From: Horticoccus luteus | Lineage (GTDB): Bacteria > Verrucomicrobiota > Verrucomicrobiia > Opitutales > Opitutaceae | DNA length: 32,000 nucleotides | Reading direction: 5' to 3' | Assembly: GCF_019464535.1 (NCBI RefSeq) | Contig: NZ_CP080507.1 | Span: forward strand, 1,650,001 to 1,682,000 | Shown: positions 1-7,840 of the stretch, in pieces | Layout of the letters: the number at the start of each line of letters is the position of its first letter | Numbering within the stretch: position 1 is the first letter of the stretch | Program-made: the position numbers and the translations under genes | Notes under the pieces: model-generated | The model's input: the letters and a program-made list of their open reading frames with translations, nothing else | Told to the model about the DNA's origin: nothing | Databases searched by the model: none

Positions 1-190
1 GCACGTGTCCGGCTTTTTTCAGGCGCGCGGCGGTCGCGGCGGAGGACGCTGCGGAGGACGCGGGCGCGGATTGTAACCCAGTAGGTTGCACGAGGCTTGG
101 CCGGGTGATCGAGAACGAGAGGGTTTGCCGGCGCAGCGTGGCGCTACGAAAAGCGACCGGGAAAGGGACGAGCCTGGTGAGCGAAAGGGA

Positions 191-232
191 CTCGAAAACG
201 AAAGAGCCCGGCACGATCGGCGTGCCGGGCTC
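191..232 (-). terminator. Rho-independent terminator after the giant secreted-protein gene (possibly bidirectional)
   Basis: Perfect 12-bp GC-rich inverted repeat gagcccggcacg (204-215) / cgtgccgggctc (221-232) with a 5-nt loop. On the minus strand the stem is followed by TTTCGTTTTCG (203-191). It lies about 50 nt past the TGA at 284-286. On the plus strand the same stem is followed by tgcgtttctttc. Confidence 0.7.
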
Positions 233-283
233 TGCGTTTCTTTCACGCGCTGCTTAGGATGCTGGACTAGCTGGACAAGGGGA

Positions 284-3200
284 TCAGTTGACGTTGGCGG
301 AGTTGACCAGGAAGGGCATGCCGTTGACGGACATGGAACCGGCATACTCGTAGGCGTCGGTGCCGTTCGCGCCGCAGCCATAGACGACGCCGTTGCGGGT
401 ATCGTTGATGGTGTTGAGGCGGAAGTTGTGGATTTTGCGGCCGTGAAAATCGGCCACGCTGAGGATGTTGCCGCGGTCGGCGACGCCGAGGCCGACAGGA
501 TCCTCGACGCGCGCGTCTTGAATCCGGCGGAAGAGGGTGCCGGTGCCTTTGTAAGTGACGACGGTATCGATGGAGCGCTCGCCGCGGCAGGCGATGTGCA
601 AGAGGTTGTTCAACGGATCCGAGGTGCCGGTGCTGCCGTTGCTGGCGGTGGCGGGGATGAGCGGCAGGTTGGAGATGTTGTAACGTGCGGGAACCATCGC
701 GACGGGATTGCGACCGACCTTGAACGTGCCGATTTCGCGCAGCGCGCCGCCGGTTTGCCACGTGGAGCGGTTCATCAGCGAGGACGTGTCGATGATGTGA
801 ACGGTGCCGTCGCGGGAGGCGATGTAGCCTTTGTAGATGTCGCGCGACCAGCGGTCGATTTTCTGGCCGGCGAGCACGCAGGTCGGGGCGGGGATGTCGG
901 CGGACCAGACGATTTTGGGCGTGAGGTCGGGACGCACGCTGAAGGCCTGCGGAAATTGCTCCGGCGCGGAACCGCGCGTGGCGATCGTGCGCTGGAAGCT
1001 GGCCGCGGACGAGAGGTAGCTCTCACGCATGTATTGGAAAAGCGGCGTCAGATCGAGAATGACGGCCTTGTTGTCCTCGGTCGAAGTCACGATGGCGTAG
1101 CCGCCCTTCGCGACGATCGCCTGCCAATCGCCGTCATAGACGAGCTGACGGTTGTGATCGTCGCTCAGGTCGATCTGGCTCAGCGCGCGACCGCTGACCG
1201 TGGACGGCGACCACCAGCTATTGGCGGCGGCGGCGACGGCGTTGGGCGACGTCATCGGGAGATCGACGTAGCCGAGGACTTTGAAGTCGGACCAGCTACC
1301 TTGGTTGACGAGGCCCATGTAAGGCCAGGTGTGGTAGGCGAGGAATTTACCCTCGAGAGCGATGACGGCGAGCTGACCCTGTTTGAGGTCGGTGTCCCAG
1401 ATGGTCACGAGGGCGAATTCGTTGCTCGTCGTGACGGCGATGGCGGTGGGCACTTTGTTGGCGGGGAACTTGAACGCGGGATAGGGACGCTCGCTGCCGC
1501 CGCGGCTGGTTTGCGTGCCGGCGATGCCGAGAAAGCCGCCGCGATAGAGGATCAGCGCTTCGTTTTGCCAGATGCCGTAGTTGCGGACCATGGCGATGGG
1601 CTGCATCGGCGTCTGGCCGCCGTTGACGGCGATTTGGTTGGGATCGCGCGTTTGCGGATCGGGATGGGGCTTGCTGTTGCCCGGGTCGAGGCGGGGGCTC
1701 AGCGCCCAGACCTTGTTGTAATAGGCAAACGTCTGGACGCGATCGAGGCCGGGATCGTTGGCGGTGTCGTCGGGCACATACGCCACTTGACCGCTGCAGC
1801 TCCAGTAGTTGGCGAAGTCATCGCCCGGCGTGCCCAATTCGTAAGGGCTCACGCGGTAAGAATATTTCTTTGCTTCGGCCGTCGTGAGCAGGGTGGAGGT
1901 CGGTTTGAAGGTGAGGGGGCGCGTGTCGGGGACGCCGGGATTGAGGTCGGTGAACGTGGGCCCGAGGCGCGCATCGATGGAGGCCGCATCCCACGTCAAG
2001 GAAGCGCGGGAATAGCTGGCGGCTTCCGCTTCGGCGACGGGAGCAGGAGGCGGCGCGGTGATTTCCACGCTGGCCGCGGTGGAATGGCCGAGCGCGTAGG
2101 TGGCGGCGGGGGCAACGGCGACCGTGACGGTGCCGCTGCCATTCGCTGCAGAGGCGACCTTGATGGAGGCCGATGCGCTGCCACTCTGGAACGTAACGCT
2201 GGAGGGCAACGCGGCGTAATCGGCGCCCGCAGCGGCGTTGCCACCGACGGTGAGGGTAACGGTGAGGGACGAGGCCGTGGAACCGGTGCGCGTCAGTTGC
2301 AAGACGCCCGCCGCGCTGGAGCCGGCTTCCGTGCTCGGCGTGGGGGCGGAAATTTCAACGACGGGCAGAGCGGGCAAAATTGTGATGGTCGCGACGGCGG
2401 CGGCGCCAATTTCACGGTCGGTGCCGGTCTTCAGCACAACCGTCACGGTGCCGCTGCCCGAGGTCGAGGGAACGACGTTGAACGTCGCCGTGGCCGAACC
2501 GGCGAGGAAGATGGCAGAGCCGGAAAGCGCGGCGTAATCGCGATCTGCGACCGCCGATCCGCTCACGTTATACGCGATCGTGAGTTCGTTGTCGGTGGGA
2601 CCCGTGCGGGTGATTTCGAATACGCCGGGGTTGTCCCCACCGGCGCGTGTGAGCGAGGTCGCGGCGGTGACGTTCACGACCGGGAGCGGCGCGAGGAGCG
2701 TCACGCTGCCGGAGGCGGTCGAGCCGGCATTGTAAGTCGAAGTGGACGTGACGGAAACGATGACGGTGCCGGAACCGACATTCGTGGGCGTGATGGTGAC
2801 CGTTGCTGTCGTGGCACCGGCGGCAAAGGCGGCAGTGCCGGAGAGTGCGGTGTAATCGCGCCCGGCTACGGCGGTGCCGCTCACGGAGTAGTTGACGGAA
2901 AGCGACTTGGTCACGGGGCCCGTGCGGGTGAAAGTCAGAAGGCCTGTCGCGCCGGAGCCGGATTGGACGCTGGCCTTGGTCGCCGCGATCGTGATCGTCG
3001 GAAGGGCGGGAGGCGCGATCGTGACCGTCGCGGAGGAGGGCGTGGCGGGCTCGTAGGTTGAACCGGTGAGAAGGGTTAATTTGACAGTGCCGCCATGGTC
3101 GCCGCGCGGAACGACGTTGACCGAAATGTTGGCGCGGCCGGCGGCGAAAGTCACGGAGCCCGGCAGCGTTTCGTAATCGATTCCCGCGGTGGCGCTTCCT

Positions 3201-4558
3201 GCAACGACGTAGCTGATCGTCAGGGGCTGGTCGGTCGAGCCGGCGCGAGTGAACGTGAACACGCCCGTCGTGCCGCCGGTAGCGGTGCTCGTGGCGGTGG
3301 CGAGGAGCGAGACTTGCACGTGAGTCGTGTCGGCGGCTTCGCTCGACTGCGTTTCGACGGGCGCGATCGAAACTTCAGCGGAATTCAAGTCGCTGATTGT
3401 GTAGCGGGCGGTGGGAGCGAGAGTGAGAGCGACACTCCCCGGCGTGCCGTTGGCCGGGATGACTTCCACGGTGGTTTGCGATGAACCCGCCGCAAACGTG
3501 GCGTGGCCGGCGAGAGGGGCGTAGTCAGCGCTGGCGGCGGCGGTGCCACCGATCGTATAACTGACTGAGAGGGGCGCGGAAACATCGCCATTGCGGGTCA
3601 GCGTGAAGACGGCGGGTGAGGCACTGGCGACCGTTGTAGTGGGAACGGTGGCCGTGACCGAAATGTTCGGCAGCGGCGCAACGGCACCGAGATCGTAGAT
3701 TTCCACGAGAGCGACACCGGACTGGCCGCCGACTCCAGCGACTTGAATCGTATAGGAGTCCGGGGCGAGCTCCGCGACCGTCGCGGCGTCCTTGCTGCCC
3801 GGACGGAAGGCGAAAGCACCGACGGTTTCCGACGCGCTGTTCACCGCATCGACCGCGGTCTGGTTGCTCCAGTTGTCGTTGGTGATGATGGTGGTGCCGG
3901 CAGAATTGAGAATCGCGAGCGTGGGATCACTCAACGCACCGCTGACGCCCAACTCTTTAAGGGCGGGACCGGCCGCACGCACCAGCAGGCGGCGCGCGCC
4001 ATCGCCAGGGCCGATCACGAGGCCAGAGATAAGAATGGCGCTGCCTGTCTCAACGTTGGCGCGGGTGGAGACGTTGAGCAGACGGGAGTTTCCCTCCATG
4101 TCGTAGACTTCAACCAGGGCCACTCCGGAATTTCCCGCGACGCCGGAGACCTGCGCAGTGTAGGCGCCGGGCGCAAGTTGCACATGGAGAGCGGCATCGT
4201 TGCTGCCATCGGCGAGAGGAAACGCGCCGACGGCGGTGAAAGAGGACTTGAGCGCGGCGTTCCAAGCTTGGTTGGCGACGATGCTGCGGCCCTGCGCGTC
4301 GAAGAGCTGGAGGTTGGGACGGGCCAGCGCGTCTGACACTCCGGCGTGAGTGAGGCCTGGGCCGACAGCGCGGACCAAGACATCTTTAGGGGCATCGCCC
4401 CCGATCACGAAACCGGCGATCATCACTCCCGCGCCCGAACCAACGGGGCCGCGGGAGGATAAATTCTTAATCAGCGGCTCGGATGTCGCCGCAGAGGCGG
4501 AGGATGCGAATCCAGCGAGGAGTGCCAGGAATCCGAGTGAGACGAGGGACAGCTTCAT
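284..4558 (-). CDS. Giant secreted multidomain surface protein (1424 aa): signal peptide, 2 N-terminal paralogous modules, 5 Calx-beta-like repeats, ~580-aa C-terminal domain of unknown function
   Basis: Longest ORF in the window. Start moved from 4636 to ATG 4556-4558, giving MKLSLVSLGFLALLAGFASSASA|A, a classic n-h-c signal peptide with an AxA site. Repeats carry the core F.(L/F)TR.G....L.V.Y.V.G(T/S)A.AG.DY..L.G...F.AG...(T/S)..V.P, typical of Calx-beta domains. The C-terminal part is non-repetitive with alternating beta-strand-like hydrophobic segments. Ends at TGA 284-286 followed by a terminator. Confidence 0.9.
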   Translation of the reverse strand: MKLSLVSLGFLALLAGFASSASAATSEPLIKNLSSRGPVGSGAGVMIAGFVIGGDAPKDVLVRAVGPGLTHAGVSDALARPNLQLFDAQGRSIVANQAWNAALKSSFTAVGAFPLADGSNDAALHVQLAPGAYTAQVSGVAGNSGVALVEVYDMEGNSRLLNVSTRANVETGSAILISGLVIGPGDGARRLLVRAAGPALKELGVSGALSDPTLAILNSAGTTIITNDNWSNQTAVDAVNSASETVGAFAFRPGSKDAATVAELAPDSYTIQVAGVGGQSGVALVEIYDLGAVAPLPNISVTATVPTTTVASASPAVFTLTRNGDVSAPLSVSYTIGGTAAASADYAPLAGHATFAAGSSQTTVEVIPANGTPGSVALTLAPTARYTISDLNSAEVSIAPVETQSSEAADTTHVQVSLLATATSTATGGTTGVFTFTRAGSTDQPLTISYVVAGSATAGIDYETLPGSVTFAAGRANISVNVVPRGDHGGTVKLTLLTGSTYEPATPSSATVTIAPPALPTITIAATKASVQSGSGATGLLTFTRTGPVTKSLSVNYSVSGTAVAGRDYTALSGTAAFAAGATTATVTITPTNVGSGTVIVSVTSTSTYNAGSTASGSVTLLAPLPVVNVTAATSLTRAGGDNPGVFEITRTGPTDNELTIAYNVSGSAVADRDYAALSGSAIFLAGSATATFNVVPSTSGSGTVTVVLKTGTDREIGAAAVATITILPALPVVEISAPTPSTEAGSSAAGVLQLTRTGSTASSLTVTLTVGGNAAAGADYAALPSSVTFQSGSASASIKVASAANGSGTVTVAVAPAATYALGHSTAASVEITAPPPAPVAEAEAASYSRASLTWDAASIDARLGPTFTDLNPGVPDTRPLTFKPTSTLLTTAEAKKYSYRVSPYELGTPGDDFANYWSCSGQVAYVPDDTANDPGLDRVQTFAYYNKVWALSPRLDPGNSKPHPDPQTRDPNQIAVNGGQTPMQPIAMVRNYGIWQNEALILYRGGFLGIAGTQTSRGGSERPYPAFKFPANKVPTAIAVTTSNEFALVTIWDTDLKQGQLAVIALEGKFLAYHTWPYMGLVNQGSWSDFKVLGYVDLPMTSPNAVAAAANSWWSPSTVSGRALSQIDLSDDHNRQLVYDGDWQAIVAKGGYAIVTSTEDNKAVILDLTPLFQYMRESYLSSAASFQRTIATRGSAPEQFPQAFSVRPDLTPKIVWSADIPAPTCVLAGQKIDRWSRDIYKGYIASRDGTVHIIDTSSLMNRSTWQTGGALREIGTFKVGRNPVAMVPARYNISNLPLIPATASNGSTGTSDPLNNLLHIACRGERSIDTVVTYKGTGTLFRRIQDARVEDPVGLGVADRGNILSVADFHGRKIHNFRLNTINDTRNGVVYGCGANGTDAYEYAGSMSVNGMPFLVNSANVN
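2054..3670 (-). repeat. Five tandem ~105-aa Calx-beta-like coding repeats inside the giant protein
   Basis: Track-ORF residues about 323-426, 438-541, 546-650, 653-755 and 758-861. Examples: FTLTRNGDVSAPLSVSYTIGGTAAASADYAPLAGHATFAAGSSQTTVEVIP; FTFTRAGSTDQPLTISYVVAGSATAGIDYETLPGSVTFAAGRANISVNVVP; FTRTGPVTKSLSVNYSVSGTAVAGRDYTALSGTAAFAAGATTATVTITP; ITRTGPTDNELTIAYNVSGSAVADRDYAALSGSAIFLAGSATATFNVVP; LTRTGSTASSLTVTLTVGGNAAAGADYAALPSSVTFQSGSASASIKV. Confidence 0.8.
3689..4474 (-). repeat. Two tandem ~130-aa paralogous N-terminal modules of the giant protein (family not named)
   Basis: The two modules align as NLSSRGPVGSGAGVMIAGFVIGG..KDVLVRAVGPGL...AVGAFPLADGSNDAAL.VQLAPGAYTAQVSGVAGNSGVALVEVYD versus NVSTRANVETGSAILISGLVIGPG..RRLLVRAAGPAL...TVGAFAFRPGSKDAATVAELAPDSYTIQVAGVGGQSGVALVEIYD. 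Confidence 0.75.
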
Positions 4559-4905
4559 GAGGGTAATTACGTGGGTAAGGGTTCTGCATATGTAGTTACC
4601 GGCTGGATTCGGATGGTGTATCGGATAATCTCCCATGGCTACCAGCGCGAATTCTCCCGTGGTCAGGTTTTAACCATCCTTTCACTGCCCCATGCGTGCG
4701 CAGTGGAAAAACTGATACGCGCGCTAAGGGTGTCCGCCGCGGTTCGTCAGCTCGACCCTGATTTTGAGAACATAGCAACGATTCTATCGTCAACGCGTTA
4801 AGCCATGCAGGTCATCGTCCAGCAGCTTCGGGGAGAGTCAGTTCGGGTGCCCACCGTCCGCGAATGCGCGGTGTCGTGCGGCAAGCGCCTCGTGGAGGAG
4901 CGGTC
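4559..4905. promoter_or_regulatory. Divergent intergenic/control region between the giant-protein gene (-) and the exosortase operon (+)
   Basis: 347 nt, visibly more AT-rich than the flanks. Shine-Dalgarno-like GGAGGAG (4894-4900) lies 5 nt before ATG 4906. Imperfect inverted repeat ggtaattac (4562-4570) / gtagttacc (4592-4600). Short inverted repeat cactgc (4683-4688) / gcagtg (4700-4705). No -35/-10 pair could be assigned confidently. Confidence 0.4.
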
Positions 4906-6198
4906 ATGAGAATCGTCGTCTGGGGAATCAATTACGCGCCGGAGCCGACGGGGATAGCGCCGTTCAACACGGGCTTGGCGGAATATCTTGCGGGGCAAGG
5001 GCATGAAGTCGCCGTCGTCACGGGGTTCCCTTATTACCCGCAATGGAAGCGCGCGGCGGATACACGGGGGAAATTTTTCGCGGACGAACGGCGCGGCAAC
5101 GTAAGCGTGCATCGGTGCTGGCTTTACGTGCCCGGCGTGGCGACGACCGTCCGACGCATTGCGCACGAGTTGAGTTTTGGGCTCGTGTCATTCTTTCGCG
5201 CGCTGGCTCTGCGGCGCGCCGATATTTACGTGGTGATCAGCCCGCCGCTCGTGCTCGGCTTTTTCGCTTGGATGCTGACGCGGTTGAAAGGGAGTCGCTA
5301 CGTGTTCCACGTGCAGGACTTGCAGCCTGATGCAGCGGTGGGCCTGCAAATGATCAAGGGCGGCGCGTTTATCCGCGCACTCTACGCGTTGGAGCGTTTC
5401 GCCTATCGTCACGCGGCGGGCGTATCAGGAATCTCCGACGGGATGATGGCGGCTTTTGCGGACAAAGGAGTTCCGCTTCATCGCCGCATCTACTTTCCGA
5501 ATTGGTTGCGCGGGCCGGATACGGATGGCGAGCGGCCGTTGAGCTTTCGCGAGCGATACGGTGTGCCGGCCGACGCGCTGCTGGCGGTTTACGCCGGAAA
5601 TCTCGGACGCAAACAAGGAATCGATATTCTCTTGGAGACCGCGCGACTGCTGGAGAGCAGGGAGAAAACAGATCCTGCCGCGCGTCGTATCCGCCTCATC
5701 ATCATCGGGAGCGGAGCGGGACGCGCCGAGTTGGAGGCCAATTTGGCGGGCGCGAAGCTGGAGAACGTGCAGTTGCTGCCCTTGCTGAACGACGAGGATT
5801 ACAGCGCGATGTTGAAGGAGTCCGATGTTGGCCTGATCACGCAGGCGGCGGGCACGGGGCAGTTCTTCTTTCCAAGCAAGCTGCTGTCGACGTTGCGCGC
5901 GGGATTGCCGGTTATCACCGTGGCGGACGAAGGCAGCGAGCTGGCGCGCGCGGTCGCGGACGGAGGATTTGGCCAAAATATTCCTCCGGGGCGGGCAGAT
6001 CTTTTGGCGGAAAGTCTGCGCGCCGTGAGTGCGGATCCTCTTTTACGACGCACGTGGGCGGCGCGAACGCAGTGGGTGCGGCAGTTCAGCCCGGCGTTGG
6101 TTCTCCCGCTGTTTCAACAGCGTTTGGAACTCCTAGTGGATGAAACGCGTCAAGGACCCGGCTGGCCGGTCCGGCAGCGCGAACTCTCACATCCCTAG
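4906..6198 (+). CDS. Glycosyltransferase, GT-B fold, GT4 WcaI/WbuB-like (430 aa)
   Basis: Start at ATG 4906 (MRIVVWGINYAPEPTGIAPFNTGLAEYLAGQGHEVAVVTGFPYYPQW) with a good SD. The C-terminal ...ITQAAGTGQFFFPSKLLSTLRAGLPVITV matches the WcaI-type pattern as I remember it. Strong G/C third-position bias. Confidence 0.85.
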   Translation: MRIVVWGINYAPEPTGIAPFNTGLAEYLAGQGHEVAVVTGFPYYPQWKRAADTRGKFFADERRGNVSVHRCWLYVPGVATTVRRIAHELSFGLVSFFRALALRRADIYVVISPPLVLGFFAWMLTRLKGSRYVFHVQDLQPDAAVGLQMIKGGAFIRALYALERFAYRHAAGVSGISDGMMAAFADKGVPLHRRIYFPNWLRGPDTDGERPLSFRERYGVPADALLAVYAGNLGRKQGIDILLETARLLESREKTDPAARRIRLIIIGSGAGRAELEANLAGAKLENVQLLPLLNDEDYSAMLKESDVGLITQAAGTGQFFFPSKLLSTLRAGLPVITVADEGSELARAVADGGFGQNIPPGRADLLAESLRAVSADPLLRRTWAARTQWVRQFSPALVLPLFQQRLELLVDETRQGPGWPVRQRELSHP

Positions 6199-6211
6199 CC
6201 GTTTGTCATCC

Positions 6212-7840
6212 ATGTCTTCCGTTTATGCCCGCGCCCCGCAAGGGTGCCCTCCACCTGCTGTGCAACCGCTGCGCGTTTCAGCCGCGGAAAGGCGTGGGTG
6301 GATCGCCACGTTCGTGATGCTGGCGGCGGCGTGGCTGCTGGTTTGGAATCAGCAGCGGTTGGAGTGGTCGGTGAATCCCACTTACGGCTACGGTTGGGCG
6401 GTTCCACTGCTGGCGGCGTATCTATTTTGGGAGCGCTGGCAGCGGAGAGGGGAGGCGCGACCACCGCGCGCACGGCTCGCGTGGTTGATCGTGCCGGCCT
6501 TGATTTTGTTCATCTACCTGCCGCTGCGCGTGATTCAGGAAGCGAATCCGGACTGGGTGAAGATCAACTGGAGCATCGCGGGCGTGCCGATTCTACTGTC
6601 GCTCGCGGCCGTCTTTCTCATCGGTGGATGGCGCTATGTCTTGTTTTTCGCATTCCCGATTTTCTTCTGCCTGACTGCGCTGCCTTGGCCGGTCTGGATG
6701 GAAGAGTATCTCGTGCAAAGCCTCATGCGCGGGAACGCCGTGGTGAGCGCGGAGGTGCTGACGATCGCGGGACACCCGGCGTTTGCGCAGGGCAATTTGA
6801 TTCAGATCGGGGCCACGTGGGTAAACGTGGAGGAAGCGTGCAGTGGCATTCGCTCTTTGCAGACCGCGTTCATGGTCTCGCTGTTCTTCGGCGAATTCTA
6901 TCGTTTTCGCATTGGTGCGCGGGCGGGGTTGATGTTGGCGTCCTTCGGCGTCGCGTTTATTTTCAATCTGCTGCGGACGATCTTTTTGACTTACGTTGCG
7001 GGGACCGCCGGCGCGCCGGAGATGGAGCGCTGGCACGACACGGTCGGCAACGTCGCGATGATTGCGGGCCTGGCATCGTTGTGGCTGCTCGCGGAACTTT
7101 TCCGGCGGGGACGCAAGGCACCCGAAGCGGCGCCGGTGAAACGTTACCGGGCGCGGGTGCCGTTTCCCTTTGTTTTTGCGCTCGCGGCGGTGCTTTGGCT
7201 CGGCGGGAGCGAAGTGGCGACGGCGGCGTGGTATCGAGTGCATGAGAGCCGGATGCCCGCGCCCTCCGAGTGGGATGTGACGTGGCCGGCGCAGGCGCTC
7301 GACTTTCAACGCACTGATTTTCCCGAGCGCACCCGCGCCATCCTCAAATACAATCGCGGCGAATCGGTTTCCTGGCGCTCGTCCGAGGGCTACCTGTGGC
7401 AGGGCTATTACTTGCGCTGGTTTCCGGGCCGCGTTTCAAAATTTCTTTCCGGCGGGCACTATCCGACGGTTTGCCTCCCGGCTGCGGGGCTCAAGTTGGT
7501 GGAGGAGACCGGTCGGTTCGACTGCCACGTCGGTGGTCTCACGATTCCGTTTCGCACCTACCTATTCGAGAGCAACGGCCACGATGTTTACGTGTTTCAT
7601 GCGATCATGGAAGACGTTCCGACGACGCCCGACGGGCATGTCGCTTATCGACAAGCGAACTCCATGGAGCGTTTACGGTCCGTATGGCGAGGCGAGCGCA
7701 ACCTTGGCCAGCGGGTGCTCGGCCTCGCCGTCACCGGTCCATTCACGGCCGGGGACGCGCGAGCCGCCGTCAAACAGCTGCTGACCGACGTCGTCGAGCC
7801 CGCCTCACCCTCATCCGTTCGTCCACCGGATCGCTCATGA
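6212..7840 (+). CDS. Exosortase (EpsH/Xrt family) fused to a C-terminal EpsI-like domain (542 aa from ATG 6212; alternative ATG 6140)
   Basis: Polytopic membrane N-half carrying the exosortase hallmark residues: Cys in VEEACSGIRSL (codon 6839-6841), Arg in FNLLRTIF (6974-6976) and His in ERWHDTVGN (7034-7036). The C-half has a TM segment (FVFALAAVLWLGG) followed by a domain with GGHYPTVCLPAAGLKL, resembling the EpsI-family H.P..CLP.(G/A)G motif. Start is uncertain: 6140 would overlap the upstream GT by 59 nt. Confidence 0.85.
   Translation: MSSVYARAPQGCPPPAVQPLRVSAAERRGWIATFVMLAAAWLLVWNQQRLEWSVNPTYGYGWAVPLLAAYLFWERWQRRGEARPPRARLAWLIVPALILFIYLPLRVIQEANPDWVKINWSIAGVPILLSLAAVFLIGGWRYVLFFAFPIFFCLTALPWPVWMEEYLVQSLMRGNAVVSAEVLTIAGHPAFAQGNLIQIGATWVNVEEACSGIRSLQTAFMVSLFFGEFYRFRIGARAGLMLASFGVAFIFNLLRTIFLTYVAGTAGAPEMERWHDTVGNVAMIAGLASLWLLAELFRRGRKAPEAAPVKRYRARVPFPFVFALAAVLWLGGSEVATAAWYRVHESRMPAPSEWDVTWPAQALDFQRTDFPERTRAILKYNRGESVSWRSSEGYLWQGYYLRWFPGRVSKFLSGGHYPTVCLPAAGLKLVEETGRFDCHVGGLTIPFRTYLFESNGHDVYVFHAIMEDVPTTPDGHVAYRQANSMERLRSVWRGERNLGQRVLGLAVTGPFTAGDARAAVKQLLTDVVEPASPSSVRPPDRS

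Noticed and set aside
1-20. Possible terminator tail ccggcttttttc at the window edge
   Set aside because: The 5' arm of any stem would lie outside the window, so it cannot be evaluated.
39-61. Direct repeat gcggaggacgc x2 (39-49 and 51-61)
   Set aside because: There are only two short copies in GC-rich DNA with no further periodicity. This is most likely chance or a remnant, not a CRISPR or a regulatory array.
86-3061. 991-aa plus-strand ORF (the second-longest ORF in the track)
   Set aside because: It lies entirely antisense to the well-supported giant secreted-protein gene. Its translation is Gly/Arg/Asp/Ala low-complexity with no recognisable domain, signal or repeat logic. This is a typical shadow ORF of high-GC DNA.
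4571-4801. 76-aa ORF (GTG start) in the divergent intergenic region
   Set aside because: Its third-codon-position G/C content is far below that of the real genes here, and it uses rare codons (ata x3, tta, cta). It has no SD and no recognisable motif. It is probably non-coding control DNA.
7396-7836. 147-codon N-terminal extension of the TPR ORF
   Set aside because: It lies inside the exosortase::EpsI gene in a different frame and is Arg-rich. The ATG at 7837 gives an ATGA stop/start overlap and a sensible N-terminus of basic residues followed by a TM helix.
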